Shown here: positions 1 to 9,897 of the stretch, in pieces | Position numbering within the stretch: position 1 is the stretch's first letter | How the letters are laid out: each line of letters starts with the position of its first letter | Virus record (IMG/VR): IMGVR_UViG_3300005326_000044 | Coordinates: 28,720 to 92,719 of that record | Strand: one strand, 5' to 3' | From: a virus | DNA: 64,000 nucleotides | Notes under the pieces: model-generated | Seen by the model: the letters and a program-made list of their open reading frames with translations, nothing else | The model's database searches: none | Told to the model about the DNA's origin: nothing | Program-made: the position numbers and the translations under genes

Positions 1-1263
1 CGATTTTCTCTCATTTCATCTGCGGCTAACGACACAAATATTCCGTTTGAAAGATTGCGAGATACCGTTCAGGGCATTGATCAGGACTTTAGAATGTGGG
101 GCAGATCAGCAGATGGCACAATCGGAATGCTCAAGCAAATCAATGAGATTCTAAAAGAGCAAGGGCTTGGTGCTAACGCCGTCCTAGAAATCCAGAAATC
201 ACTTGCTTCATCCGCAGAAAGAATGAGTTTTGATAAGAAAGCTTTCTTTGGTATGGAAGCTGGTATTGGTGGAGGCGCGGCTCATGCAGGCTTAGAAGTT
301 GAAAATATGGTTCAAAAAGGAGATTGGGGTAAGCTGATTGGAATGATGCAAGATGTCGTAGGCAACATGGGCGGGAACGGGCAAGTAATGAATATGCAAG
401 AGGCTTTAGCTACCCCTGGAGGAGCAGACATATACCTACAGCAGAGAATGGCTCTTCAACAGTTCTCTGGTATTGGCGACGCTGGTATGCTTAATAGAAT
501 TATGGATATAATGAACAAAACCCAGCTTGGCGAAGCGCCAGACCAAGACGGAATGCTTGCTCTTGAAAACGCTTTCAATAAAGGAAACACCATTCAACAG
601 CATCAGTACAATGATCTGACAAGAATTGCAAACAAACTCGAAAATGGAAAGATTCTAGTAGCATTTGAAGCATTGGAACAACAACAGAATTTGACAGGTG
701 CTGGCGGAAAAGAGGATTTATATCTTAAGGCTCAAGCGTTGGCTGAAACAAAAACAGCGGGCCATTTTGATACTCTAAGCCGTTCAGTTATCAATGATTT
801 TAAAGGTTTGTTAGGTGATTTGCGAGGTATGGTCGTAAACTCTAAAGATATACTTGACCAGCAACTTAACAAAGCAAAAGGGGCTCTAGAAGACAAAAGA
901 CTTGCAAGAGAAGCTGATGAATTAGCTGCCCCTCCAGTAACTTCATCCGTAGCGCCTGTAATTCCATCTCGCAGTAAAAATTCAGCAGCAACCGGGCTGT
1001 ATAATGCGGCGGTACAAAGTTTTGTTCCTCCACAACAGATTGTTGAAGATGTAAATGGAGAAGACGGCACAATAACACCAAGATTACCACAAACAGGGGT
1101 CGATACAGCTTCTAATCCAAATGGACCTCAAGGAACTCTTCGTATTGTAATCGAAAAGAACGGCGAAGTAACACATGAAGAATTTGTAAGTGCTATGCAA
1201 TTATTTAGAGAAGAGTTTAGGAAAACCGTTAATGTTGGTCCGAACCAAAACAAATCCGCATAA
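1..1263 (+). CDS. C-terminal part of probable tape measure protein (5'-truncated by window)
   Basis: Frame is open from base 1; Ala/Gly/Gln/Met-rich helical sequence; lies directly upstream of tail-tip/baseplate genes. Confidence 0.55.
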   Translation, partial: RFSLISSAANDTNIPFERLRDTVQGIDQDFRMWGRSADGTIGMLKQINEILKEQGLGANAVLEIQKSLASSAERMSFDKKAFFGMEAGIGGGAAHAGLEVENMVQKGDWGKLIGMMQDVVGNMGGNGQVMNMQEALATPGGADIYLQQRMALQQFSGIGDAGMLNRIMDIMNKTQLGEAPDQDGMLALENAFNKGNTIQQHQYNDLTRIANKLENGKILVAFEALEQQQNLTGAGGKEDLYLKAQALAETKTAGHFDTLSRSVINDFKGLLGDLRGMVVNSKDILDQQLNKAKGALEDKRLAREADELAAPPVTSSVAPVIPSRSKNSAATGLYNAAVQSFVPPQQIVEDVNGEDGTITPRLPQTGVDTASNPNGPQGTLRIVIEKNGEVTHEEFVSAMQLFREEFRKTVNVGPNQNKSA

Positions 1264-1277
1264 TTATTTAGAGGCTT

Positions 1278-1988
1278 ATGGATAACAACACAATATATTC
1301 TACCAATGGTCAGTCGAGAGGTTACGCAACATATCGTCGTCAGCTTTTACGTTGGCTGGTTCCTGATGTTGGATATATTCAAATGTATGTAAATCCACAA
1401 AGCATCAACATCAATCGTGCCAAAGCAATTAAAAGCGAACGAACCAAAGGTGGATTTGTTATTCAGTATTGGGGAGAAGAACTTACAGACATCACGATTA
1501 CCGGAACTACGGCTACCTCAGGAGTTGAAGGACTGAACATTCTTCATGACATCTATCGCTCTGAACAAATAGGATTTAATACTTCCGCTTTGAACGCTGA
1601 AGCCATTTATGAAAACGAAACTGTTCAAAGCTGGATTGATACCGTTTTTCCTAGCATTGGTGATGCGTTAGATTTTTTCAAGGACTTTGGAGACAATGGG
1701 CTTAATACTCCGTATGCCCAAGCAAAACCTACTTTAGCTTACATGGCTTCTTCAGTAGAAATGCATTATATGGGTTCGTCGTTCAAAGGGTTTTTTACTG
1801 GTTTTACTTGCACTGAATCCGCTGACCAAGCTGGGTGGTTCAATTACGACTTGAAGTTCAAAGCGTTCCTTGAACGTGGGCGCCGTAGTAACTTCATGCC
1901 ATGGCATCGTTCTCCTACGGTAACAAATCAAACAATGAATTCAAGCGTTCCATGGGAACTTAATATGTCCTATTACAACTTAAGGTAA
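1278..1988 (+). CDS. Tail tube initiator / baseplate tube-like protein
   Basis: YVNPQSI..RTKGG..QYWGEELTDITITGTT and C-terminal FKGFFTGF..ES..FNYDLKF pattern typical of tube-fold proteins after the TMP; GAGG RBS. Confidence 0.6.
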   Translation: MDNNTIYSTNGQSRGYATYRRQLLRWLVPDVGYIQMYVNPQSININRAKAIKSERTKGGFVIQYWGEELTDITITGTTATSGVEGLNILHDIYRSEQIGFNTSALNAEAIYENETVQSWIDTVFPSIGDALDFFKDFGDNGLNTPYAQAKPTLAYMASSVEMHYMGSSFKGFFTGFTCTESADQAGWFNYDLKFKAFLERGRRSNFMPWHRSPTVTNQTMNSSVPWELNMSYYNLR

Positions 1989-1991
1989 GAA

Positions 1992-4900
1992 ATGTCACTA
2001 TTTTCTCAGTCCTCATTTGATACTGTAGCTGATATTCTGGGTTTAGGTCCTGGCAGTTACGCTCGTGGATTAACTGAAGCAGCGCAGCAACTTGCGAACA
2101 CGTTAGATAATACTGTAAAAAATAGTTACGTGGAATCTGGTTGGGTTGACCCTCAAAAAAAGGAACCCAACATACGCAATATAGTTACACAGACTCCAGA
2201 GCTTATCATTATTGTAAAGAAGAAAATGTTTTCAATGTTGAAAGACAATTATCCTATTGAACATATGGATAAAGATGAAAAACATTTTTATGCTGCTGCG
2301 AAAAAGCTTTTTGAGAATAAGTGTAGAGAAATTGCAGCGTATGAAAAAATATCCAAAGTTGAAAAGATTGTTAGAGAAAACAACGTACTGAATACTGGGA
2401 TGGCGGCAGCTGTTATAGATGCTCTTGACTCTACCGAAGCTGTGTTTGCCGGGCAGGCAGATATTTTTGGTGACAAAGCTCTCAGCGCTGTTTCTTCTGT
2501 GTTCTATGGTAAATTCTTTTCGGTTATCAACAGAATTCGTGACTTGCTTTATTTGAACGGTTATTCAACTGTAACCAGTTGGACACAAAATACAAAAAAT
2601 GTACAAACATTCATCGGTAGTGGCACAGGCGTTATTGAATTTGGAATTGTTACTTCTTTTAGCTGTACAAACTCTGTTAAATTTGGGGGTGGAAGTGCTA
2701 GTTTTTCTCTTTTAGACCCATACCGGAATCTAGCTATTATGGAATCTGATATCGAACGAGCAATCTTCGAGGTGTCAGACAATAAATTCAACCTCATGAA
2801 TGGGTATGCTGATTCCTTGCAAAACGAAAACACTACATTGCTAAATGAACTAAATAGCATGAGGAGTCAAAGAGGAGCAAGTGCGGTATCCATCCAAGTC
2901 AACCCTTATGCCAGCAATTACAATAGAATTATTTTGTCACTTGATCGATATGGCATTGAACTAACAAGTCCTGGTGGAGAAGGCTTACGGGGCGATTTGT
3001 TTGATAGTGAAGTTGCGTCTGCAAAACAAATTTTTAACACACTAATCAATACGTATCGAGAGCCATACGTAGACGCAGCAGGACAAGAAAGAATTCAAGA
3101 TGGAACCATTAACGGACGAGGGATAGCCGATGTAGAACTGTTTAGAAATGACGAGAAAAAACTGTTACAGCAGGTTTTTGATAATGCTTCGTCAGTTGCA
3201 TCTCTACGATCAAAGGATTATTCCGACTTTGTGGATTATGGTAGAAGAACAAATTATGTTCGACGCTTGATGCGCGAAAACTTTCTTGGTAAACAAGTTA
3301 TTCAACCGCTGGATATTGTGTCAGCTTTTATTTCTTCACAAACCATTGATGACAACGCAGTCCTGGCTGGATTGAAAACTCTTTCTGTCGATGAAAGTAG
3401 CAACCCTATTGATTCTTTCCTTAATAGCACGGTTGGACAGGTATTAATTCCTACCGCAAAAATTGATGCTTTTATTGCGGATACAGCGTTTCAAGCTACT
3501 GGTATTCCAGCGCTTACCAATGCTGTCGGTGACCTTGTTGGAGGCTCGGATGAGTCTACTACCTTCGATGCTCCCGCAGAAGGAGCAATAACAGCTAGAG
3601 AGTTCTTGAACAAAGGTGTTTATGATCTTCGCTCAATTGCTTCTGGTGGGTCAGGCCCGCTAGGTCAATTAAACAAAAATATTGGAGATCTTAAAGACCT
3701 TTGGGGAGATATGTTTGGGACCAAAAAGCCTAACTATGCTCTTGAAGCTGAAAAGAACATGTTGGCTGGCCCAGACTTTCCAATGTACCTGTATTTGTCT
3801 CTTAGAAAGTATTTTGGTTCAAGTGATTATGGCACCTGTGTTTTCAATGGGGTTGTTAGGCGTGTAACAGAAGATGGAACTCCTGGTTCTTACACTGTAA
3901 AGGTAGAATGCAAGGATAATTCATTTTACTTTGAGCAAGGGTTCTATCAGGAGAAGCCGTCTATCAAACAGTTCAATGGACATTTGTACGACCCATTAAC
4001 CCCGTTTGATTTAGACTTTGACGAAGCCACAGGCAAAGTATCTGACTCGAATTTCCAGCTATTAGATGAAAATCTTGATTTATTAAAGTCTAAAGTTGTC
4101 AAATATAAATTTGGGCGTTTTGTAAACAAAATTGTAACTGCTGACAACTATATGGATGCAGACTTTGATAACGTGAAAAATAGCGTTAGCATTAGTAAAC
4201 GCCAAGCTAATTATTTGCTTGATAATATTGCTGAGCGAGTTTCATCTATTCAAGATGTCACGAGAAAGATATTTCACAATGTAGATGGTCTTGTTTATAG
4301 ATGGAAGCGAGGTATTGGAACCGCTTGGATTGATAATTCCGGCAAGAATATGGCTGGGGAAGGTCTTGCTGAGCAAAACCAGAACAATAGAGTCGCTAAT
4401 GTAATCAGACAGGACCCATTTGCTGGACAAGATATTGTTAATGTAATTTCTTTGTTGATCACAGCGGAGCCTTACAATCTTTCTACTTTTATTGATGCTG
4501 GAATCAAAACAGGAATCCTTAATATAACAAAAAACGGAAATCCCAATGATTATATCAATGCGCTAACCAAAATGGTTAGAAAACAAAATAGCATTTGGGG
4601 TGAATTTATTCCGTTCAAGAGGTTTACATTAAGCACCAACATGTATAGCCAAATGTTGGCTTCACAATTCGCCATCAAATCTCAAAGCAAGCAGATTGGC
4701 AGTCTTCAAGCTCAAAAAGCCAAGTTAATGCAGCAGCTTGTTAAAACAGACACCAACTTTGCTACGCCAGAAAACCTAAAAGCGCTTTCAACAATAAAAT
4801 ATCCAGCTAGCACAACAATTGTCGTTCAAAACACAGAGTCAGTAGCTGTTGCTAAAGAAATTGTAAGGCTTGACGCGCAAATAAAACGAGCCGAAAATGA

Positions 4901-7598
4901 ACTTAGAATGGCTGCGTTATCCGATTCTTCAAGACTGTTTAGAATTGTTGGTGATCAAGAAGTCATGTTTGATTCCTATAATGACATTGACCCACAGACG
5001 CATCAGCCACGTCCGGCGTTAGCTGAAGCTACCAGAAACCTTACAAAGAAACAAAACTACATTACGCAACGGAAATTATGGCAAGTTAAATCAAATACAG
5101 ATAGAAACTTGTTTATTGTTTGTGATGAATATGACCAAGACGTTGATATTCAGGGCGCTGTTCAGAATTTGTCTGACTTTCAGATGATCAACACTAACTG
5201 GCAAAAAACTGGCGATAAAATAAACGCTTTAGCTAAGTTGGTAGGCTTTGAGATTTTTTGTAACTCACAGGGCCATATTGAACTTCGCGTTCCTCAGTAT
5301 AACCGAGTGCCAAGCAGCGTGTATTTTGAAATGATTCGAAAGAAACGCAACTATGGAATTCAATATTACCCCACGTTTCTTGAAAAAACATTTACAAATC
5401 GTATTATGAATATCTTCGATGAAATAGAAGAAGTCGAAGATTGGATTCGAGTTTATACAACTCTGCTTGGGTATTCTACCGATGCTGATCGCCAACTCTT
5501 TTTGGCTGGCACTTTAGGCACCAGTTCTGGAAGTGAATTTGCATTTATCACCGATGAAAATTCTGGTTCGTTGGCATCATTGCGCTCAGCAGTAACTCAA
5601 ATCTCTACAGACTACACAGACACCTACAATAACAAAGATAACCTATGGAGTTCATTGCTCCAGAGTCCTGTCACTTTGTCGGACGTAGGCGATTTCTATG
5701 AAAGAAATACTAGCAATTCATTTGTTTCTGGCCGTTTTAATTTCTTCCAGAAAAACAATCCTAAAGTTTTGGAAAATGTTTCCGTCGAAGGAACTGGCGA
5801 CCAAGTTACGAATTTCAAAAAGGTTGCCCGAGACACATTCAATAACTATGATATTCTAAAACAACTCAGCAATTTAAGTGATTTATATGACTCCAACAAA
5901 ACAACACTGGATTTTGTTGGAACAGAAATGATGGAAAGCATTCTAGAAGACAAGATTCATCGACTTGAAGCGAAGACAGGCAAGAAAATCGACATTCATA
6001 AATTCGTATCCAATGCTTTCAGCAATTCAATGTCCGGCTCGGTCAAATTCTTGTCTCCTATTGATGTAATGAATCTTCAGGGCAAAATTAGCCAATGTGT
6101 TTCTACAAGATATCGCGCCATTCTTTCTGCTGCAAATATCATAAAAAACATCGATCAAACTGCACGAGCGGCATCCGACCCTAACACTTTGGGTGGCGTA
6201 CTGTTTCCGAATTTGTTCAAGACGGATGATATCCCTGATTATATGTACCATATGATCGAGGATGAGGCCGAGGATGATTATGGTTTCGGGTCAGGTAGAA
6301 GATTTGTTGTTCACCCCAAAGATGTTCTCAACGTTAGTTACGGAGAACAAGACCCAGAATTTACTTCTATATGCGTAAAAGGCGCCGAGCAAGGCGGTTT
6401 GGTAGGTGACCAAGGCTTTCAAATTGGTGCCGGAATGGAAGTCCGCAGTGTGTGGGCAACGTCTTATGATTTATGGAGAATGTATGGAGCGAAGGATGGC
6501 GGTACAAGATATCTTCCATTCCTTAACAACGTAGAAACTCAAATTGCTCCCTACGCTATTATGTTGCTTAACCAACAAAGAGCAGGGCTTCTACACGCTT
6601 CCGTTACAAGAACCGGAAATGAATATGTCCAACCAGGAGAAGTATACTTCTTAAAAGACAGAGAACTTTTGTTCTATTGTGAAGATGTTCGCCATAACTT
6701 CACTTACGGTTCAAATTTCACAACAACGATGACTCTTACTTACGGGCACACTGTTGGAGAATACATTCCTACTCCTCTTGATATTATCGGTAAGTCTATT
6801 TACCGTGGACATCATACAAACGTTGGAGATTATCGAATGTCTCACCCCGCAGGAGCAAGCGTTGCTTCAACGTCTGAAGTTTACCTTGGTACATTGAGAT
6901 TTGACCCAAATGCTTTCACAGATGTCGCTAAAGGAAAAAAGATGTTGCTTGGCGGACAATATGGAGAAAAGAACAGAACAACTCTTACAGATATTCTGTA
7001 TAAAATACAGAATCTATTAGATAATTACAATTACCCTGTTGGGAAAAGCACTTACTCATGCATTTCCGTTCGTATTTTCCAAGATAAAAAGGGACCAAGC
7101 ACTTGGAATAAAATTGCAGCTGAGGAAGCCATTACTCTTCTTAGAAATCCAGCAGCAGTGTTTGAGGAAGAAGAAAAGAAAGAAACAATAACTCTTCCTA
7201 GCGCTAAGTTTATTGGCGGAGATGAAACCGCTTTTACAGATAAGCTGGGCGAGCCTCGAATAGTAGCTTTATACGAGTTCAAAACGAAAGACAATCTATC
7301 CTTCAATACGGTCAGGTCTCCTTCTGTTACGGCAATCAGTTATGCAAAAGAGATGGCGCAAGATGTAAATATGTGGGAAAAAATAAAGCTAACATTTAGC
7401 CCTGACAACCCGGATGAAACGTCGGAAAAAATAAAGAGTGCTTTAGTTGACAATATTATCGATATCTGGGTTGAGTTTGTTGACTTGAACGATAGTTTGC
7501 GCCAAACCCTAGGTAATAGTGATTTGGGTTCATCATCAAAAGCTACAGAATCAAAGCCTACACAGTCCCTCGTTACAGCTAAAGTTAAAATAGGTTAG
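1992..7598 (+). CDS. Large baseplate hub protein (gp27/VgrG-like fold with large insertions)
   Basis: VFNGVVRRV..YTVKVECKD and C-terminal GNEYVQPGE..FYCEDVRHNFTYGSNFTTTMTLTYG hub motifs; gene order. Confidence 0.6.
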   Translation: MSLFSQSSFDTVADILGLGPGSYARGLTEAAQQLANTLDNTVKNSYVESGWVDPQKKEPNIRNIVTQTPELIIIVKKKMFSMLKDNYPIEHMDKDEKHFYAAAKKLFENKCREIAAYEKISKVEKIVRENNVLNTGMAAAVIDALDSTEAVFAGQADIFGDKALSAVSSVFYGKFFSVINRIRDLLYLNGYSTVTSWTQNTKNVQTFIGSGTGVIEFGIVTSFSCTNSVKFGGGSASFSLLDPYRNLAIMESDIERAIFEVSDNKFNLMNGYADSLQNENTTLLNELNSMRSQRGASAVSIQVNPYASNYNRIILSLDRYGIELTSPGGEGLRGDLFDSEVASAKQIFNTLINTYREPYVDAAGQERIQDGTINGRGIADVELFRNDEKKLLQQVFDNASSVASLRSKDYSDFVDYGRRTNYVRRLMRENFLGKQVIQPLDIVSAFISSQTIDDNAVLAGLKTLSVDESSNPIDSFLNSTVGQVLIPTAKIDAFIADTAFQATGIPALTNAVGDLVGGSDESTTFDAPAEGAITAREFLNKGVYDLRSIASGGSGPLGQLNKNIGDLKDLWGDMFGTKKPNYALEAEKNMLAGPDFPMYLYLSLRKYFGSSDYGTCVFNGVVRRVTEDGTPGSYTVKVECKDNSFYFEQGFYQEKPSIKQFNGHLYDPLTPFDLDFDEATGKVSDSNFQLLDENLDLLKSKVVKYKFGRFVNKIVTADNYMDADFDNVKNSVSISKRQANYLLDNIAERVSSIQDVTRKIFHNVDGLVYRWKRGIGTAWIDNSGKNMAGEGLAEQNQNNRVANVIRQDPFAGQDIVNVISLLITAEPYNLSTFIDAGIKTGILNITKNGNPNDYINALTKMVRKQNSIWGEFIPFKRFTLSTNMYSQMLASQFAIKSQSKQIGSLQAQKAKLMQQLVKTDTNFATPENLKALSTIKYPASTTIVVQNTESVAVAKEIVRLDAQIKRAENELRMAALSDSSRLFRIVGDQEVMFDSYNDIDPQTHQPRPALAEATRNLTKKQNYITQRKLWQVKSNTDRNLFIVCDEYDQDVDIQGAVQNLSDFQMINTNWQKTGDKINALAKLVGFEIFCNSQGHIELRVPQYNRVPSSVYFEMIRKKRNYGIQYYPTFLEKTFTNRIMNIFDEIEEVEDWIRVYTTLLGYSTDADRQLFLAGTLGTSSGSEFAFITDENSGSLASLRSAVTQISTDYTDTYNNKDNLWSSLLQSPVTLSDVGDFYERNTSNSFVSGRFNFFQKNNPKVLENVSVEGTGDQVTNFKKVARDTFNNYDILKQLSNLSDLYDSNKTTLDFVGTEMMESILEDKIHRLEAKTGKKIDIHKFVSNAFSNSMSGSVKFLSPIDVMNLQGKISQCVSTRYRAILSAANIIKNIDQTARAASDPNTLGGVLFPNLFKTDDIPDYMYHMIEDEAEDDYGFGSGRRFVVHPKDVLNVSYGEQDPEFTSICVKGAEQGGLVGDQGFQIGAGMEVRSVWATSYDLWRMYGAKDGGTRYLPFLNNVETQIAPYAIMLLNQQRAGLLHASVTRTGNEYVQPGEVYFLKDRELLFYCEDVRHNFTYGSNFTTTMTLTYGHTVGEYIPTPLDIIGKSIYRGHHTNVGDYRMSHPAGASVASTSEVYLGTLRFDPNAFTDVAKGKKMLLGGQYGEKNRTTLTDILYKIQNLLDNYNYPVGKSTYSCISVRIFQDKKGPSTWNKIAAEEAITLLRNPAAVFEEEEKKETITLPSAKFIGGDETAFTDKLGEPRIVALYEFKTKDNLSFNTVRSPSVTAISYAKEMAQDVNMWEKIKLTFSPDNPDETSEKIKSALVDNIIDIWVEFVDLNDSLRQTLGNSDLGSSSKATESKPTQSLVTAKVKIG

Positions 7599-7615
7599 AA
7601 TTTAGTTTTTAGTTA

Positions 7616-7623
7616 GATATATA
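7616..7623 (+). promoter_or_regulatory. GATATATA putative phage promoter
   Basis: Recurrent intergenic octamer, 9 nt before ATG 7633, no clear SD. Confidence 0.6.
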
Positions 7624-7632
7624 GAGAAAAAA

Positions 7633-9885
7633 ATGACAAAGGATTTTTTAGATACCCTTCGAAAAATTCAAACCGAATTTTCACTTTCAAGCGCCTCTCA
7701 GGAAAGCGTTCCAACGACTAATCCAGATGATTATGACGCTAAGATTGCTTGCATAACAAGCATAGACGAAAGTAAAAATAGAATTCAAGTAAGGCTTATC
7801 GCTGGTGATTATTTTACCGATGAGTTTCCTGTAATCTATCCAGGTTTCATGGGAACGCCAGATGGCGCTGGGTTTTGGCACGGTTTGTCCGTCAATGATG
7901 TTGTCACTGTAACTTTGGCTCAAGGAAAACGTTGGATTATTACAAACAAATTAAACAACGTAGCTTCTAATCAAATAAATGGAACAAGAGTTTTTCCTCA
8001 GGACGAAGACATAGGGGTACCAGTCAAAGAAGGTTCTTACGGGTTTAGAGCTAAACTACAGTCGCCAAAACAAACTATTGGTGGCAGGTTTATGTCTGTG
8101 ATGGCTGTTCCTGGTGATGGGATTCATATAGGTGCGCCTCCATTTTCATCTTTGTTTTTTGATTATTTTCCAGACACAAACGGAACAGACAAATCTTCGT
8201 CGGTTGTTTCCCTGCAAGGTGGTCAATTATATAGTTTTTCAGAAAGCGGTTATTCAGTTGCTGGTATTGCTTTGCGCCCAAGTCAAAAACCAAGCAACGA
8301 GATGTTAGATCCTCATGATGAAGAGCGCTGGTATCGTGGTTTGAGCGCAATATGTTTAGACCCATCTCGAATAAAATCAAATGTTACCGACAAGGAAGCT
8401 ATCAGAAACCCACCGTTCAATGAAGAGCGTGAGGTTACTTATGAATTTGCAGAAAGCTCAGGCGTAGACGCTGATTCTATTGAAAAAAGAAAGCAAATGC
8501 TTCATGCTTTTGAAGACACAAACGCGATAACAATTTCGCGTTCATCTTCAAGTCGCAGAAACCGAAAATATGATACTTTGAGTCTTAGCTTGGTTTCTCC
8601 CAATCAATTGATGGAAAGAGCCAAAGGTACTCTTATAGATATTTATGGTAATGTCCTTGATTTGAATCGTCAAGCAATTCCAGTAGGCAGCGAACAATTA
8701 GCTGGGCTTGATGGAACAGAAAAATCATTTGATATTGTGCGAGCATTGCATAGAAAAGGTGTTGCCCATCACTTTGAATTAAATGCTCGAAAAGATCCAA
8801 AGGAAGATGTATCAGAGTCTGGGATTGGGAAAGAATACGGAGCGACTTCGGGAAGTTATAAGCGAGAAAGAAGCCGCTTATTCTTTGATATCGACAAAGA
8901 AGGCCAATTTAAGATTAATATACCCGCTTCTAGCGAAGTAGGAAACGTAGGTCTTTTAGTTAGGTATGAAAACGCTTCTACAATAAATGCGGTCAAAGAT
9001 AATTACGGTACAAATTATGATACGTTTGTCCAACCAGAAAAAGGTAAGTCAGATATTCTTGTTGATGAATTTGGTGTAGGTTGTGTTGCTTTAAAGGGCA
9101 ACGAAAAATTAGTTCCTACGGACAGAATAACATCTAAGCCTGTCAAACTAGGAACAGCCTTCCATGACATATCAAAAACTTGTTGTGAGCCAATATATCC
9201 GACTGGGAATGCTGCTGGCAGCCCTGGCAAGCTACTAGAAGGAAAAGGTCCCGCTATCTTTGCTGGGCCTGACGCCACAGACAAGAAAACATCTGTTGTT
9301 ACCACAGAAATCAATATTGATGGGGAAGAAGCAAACGCCGGAGGGCGGTCTGGAACTCTTGTTTTTGACGGAATGTTAAATTGTAGTGTTGGCGCCAACT
9401 CTGTTGATAGGCAATCTTTATGGTTGGACTTACAAGGCGGAATGATTTCGCGTATTGGAAGAGATAAAAACAACATCTCTGTATGCAGTCAATTAGACGG
9501 AAGCATGTTTGTTCAACTTGGCTCCAGTGGGACACCGCTAGATAAACGTTTCACTACCAAAAAAGGGTTTACAAGCGACGCAAATATCAACGTTATTTTT
9601 GAAATTAGAGTTATAACTGAAAACAATCGTTTTCACCGGTTTAGAATGGATAACTCTGGAATTCTGTTTCAAACCCCAGGGTCTTTTAGAGTTCTGGCTG
9701 CTGGAGAAGTGGAACTGCACGGCTCTAATATTCAGAACAACGCAGAACATATCGTTGACTATGGTTCATATTTTGATCCAAATAAATGGATGGTTTCTCG
9801 TGATGACACAGGAGATGGTAGACCAATGACCACTCAAAATGAATTCGTTCCAGACGGAGATACAGGGCCAAGCACAATAGTATAG
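7633..9885 (+). CDS. Baseplate central spike protein (gp5/gpV-like N-terminal OB fold)
   Basis: ACITSIDESKNRIQV..GAGFWHGLSVNDVVTV OB-fold pattern; beta-rich C-terminus; follows hub. Confidence 0.5.
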   Translation: MTKDFLDTLRKIQTEFSLSSASQESVPTTNPDDYDAKIACITSIDESKNRIQVRLIAGDYFTDEFPVIYPGFMGTPDGAGFWHGLSVNDVVTVTLAQGKRWIITNKLNNVASNQINGTRVFPQDEDIGVPVKEGSYGFRAKLQSPKQTIGGRFMSVMAVPGDGIHIGAPPFSSLFFDYFPDTNGTDKSSSVVSLQGGQLYSFSESGYSVAGIALRPSQKPSNEMLDPHDEERWYRGLSAICLDPSRIKSNVTDKEAIRNPPFNEEREVTYEFAESSGVDADSIEKRKQMLHAFEDTNAITISRSSSSRRNRKYDTLSLSLVSPNQLMERAKGTLIDIYGNVLDLNRQAIPVGSEQLAGLDGTEKSFDIVRALHRKGVAHHFELNARKDPKEDVSESGIGKEYGATSGSYKRERSRLFFDIDKEGQFKINIPASSEVGNVGLLVRYENASTINAVKDNYGTNYDTFVQPEKGKSDILVDEFGVGCVALKGNEKLVPTDRITSKPVKLGTAFHDISKTCCEPIYPTGNAAGSPGKLLEGKGPAIFAGPDATDKKTSVVTTEINIDGEEANAGGRSGTLVFDGMLNCSVGANSVDRQSLWLDLQGGMISRIGRDKNNISVCSQLDGSMFVQLGSSGTPLDKRFTTKKGFTSDANINVIFEIRVITENNRFHRFRMDNSGILFQTPGSFRVLAAGEVELHGSNIQNNAEHIVDYGSYFDPNKWMVSRDDTGDGRPMTTQNEFVPDGDTGPSTIV

Positions 9886-9897
9886 TTTAGGAGAAGA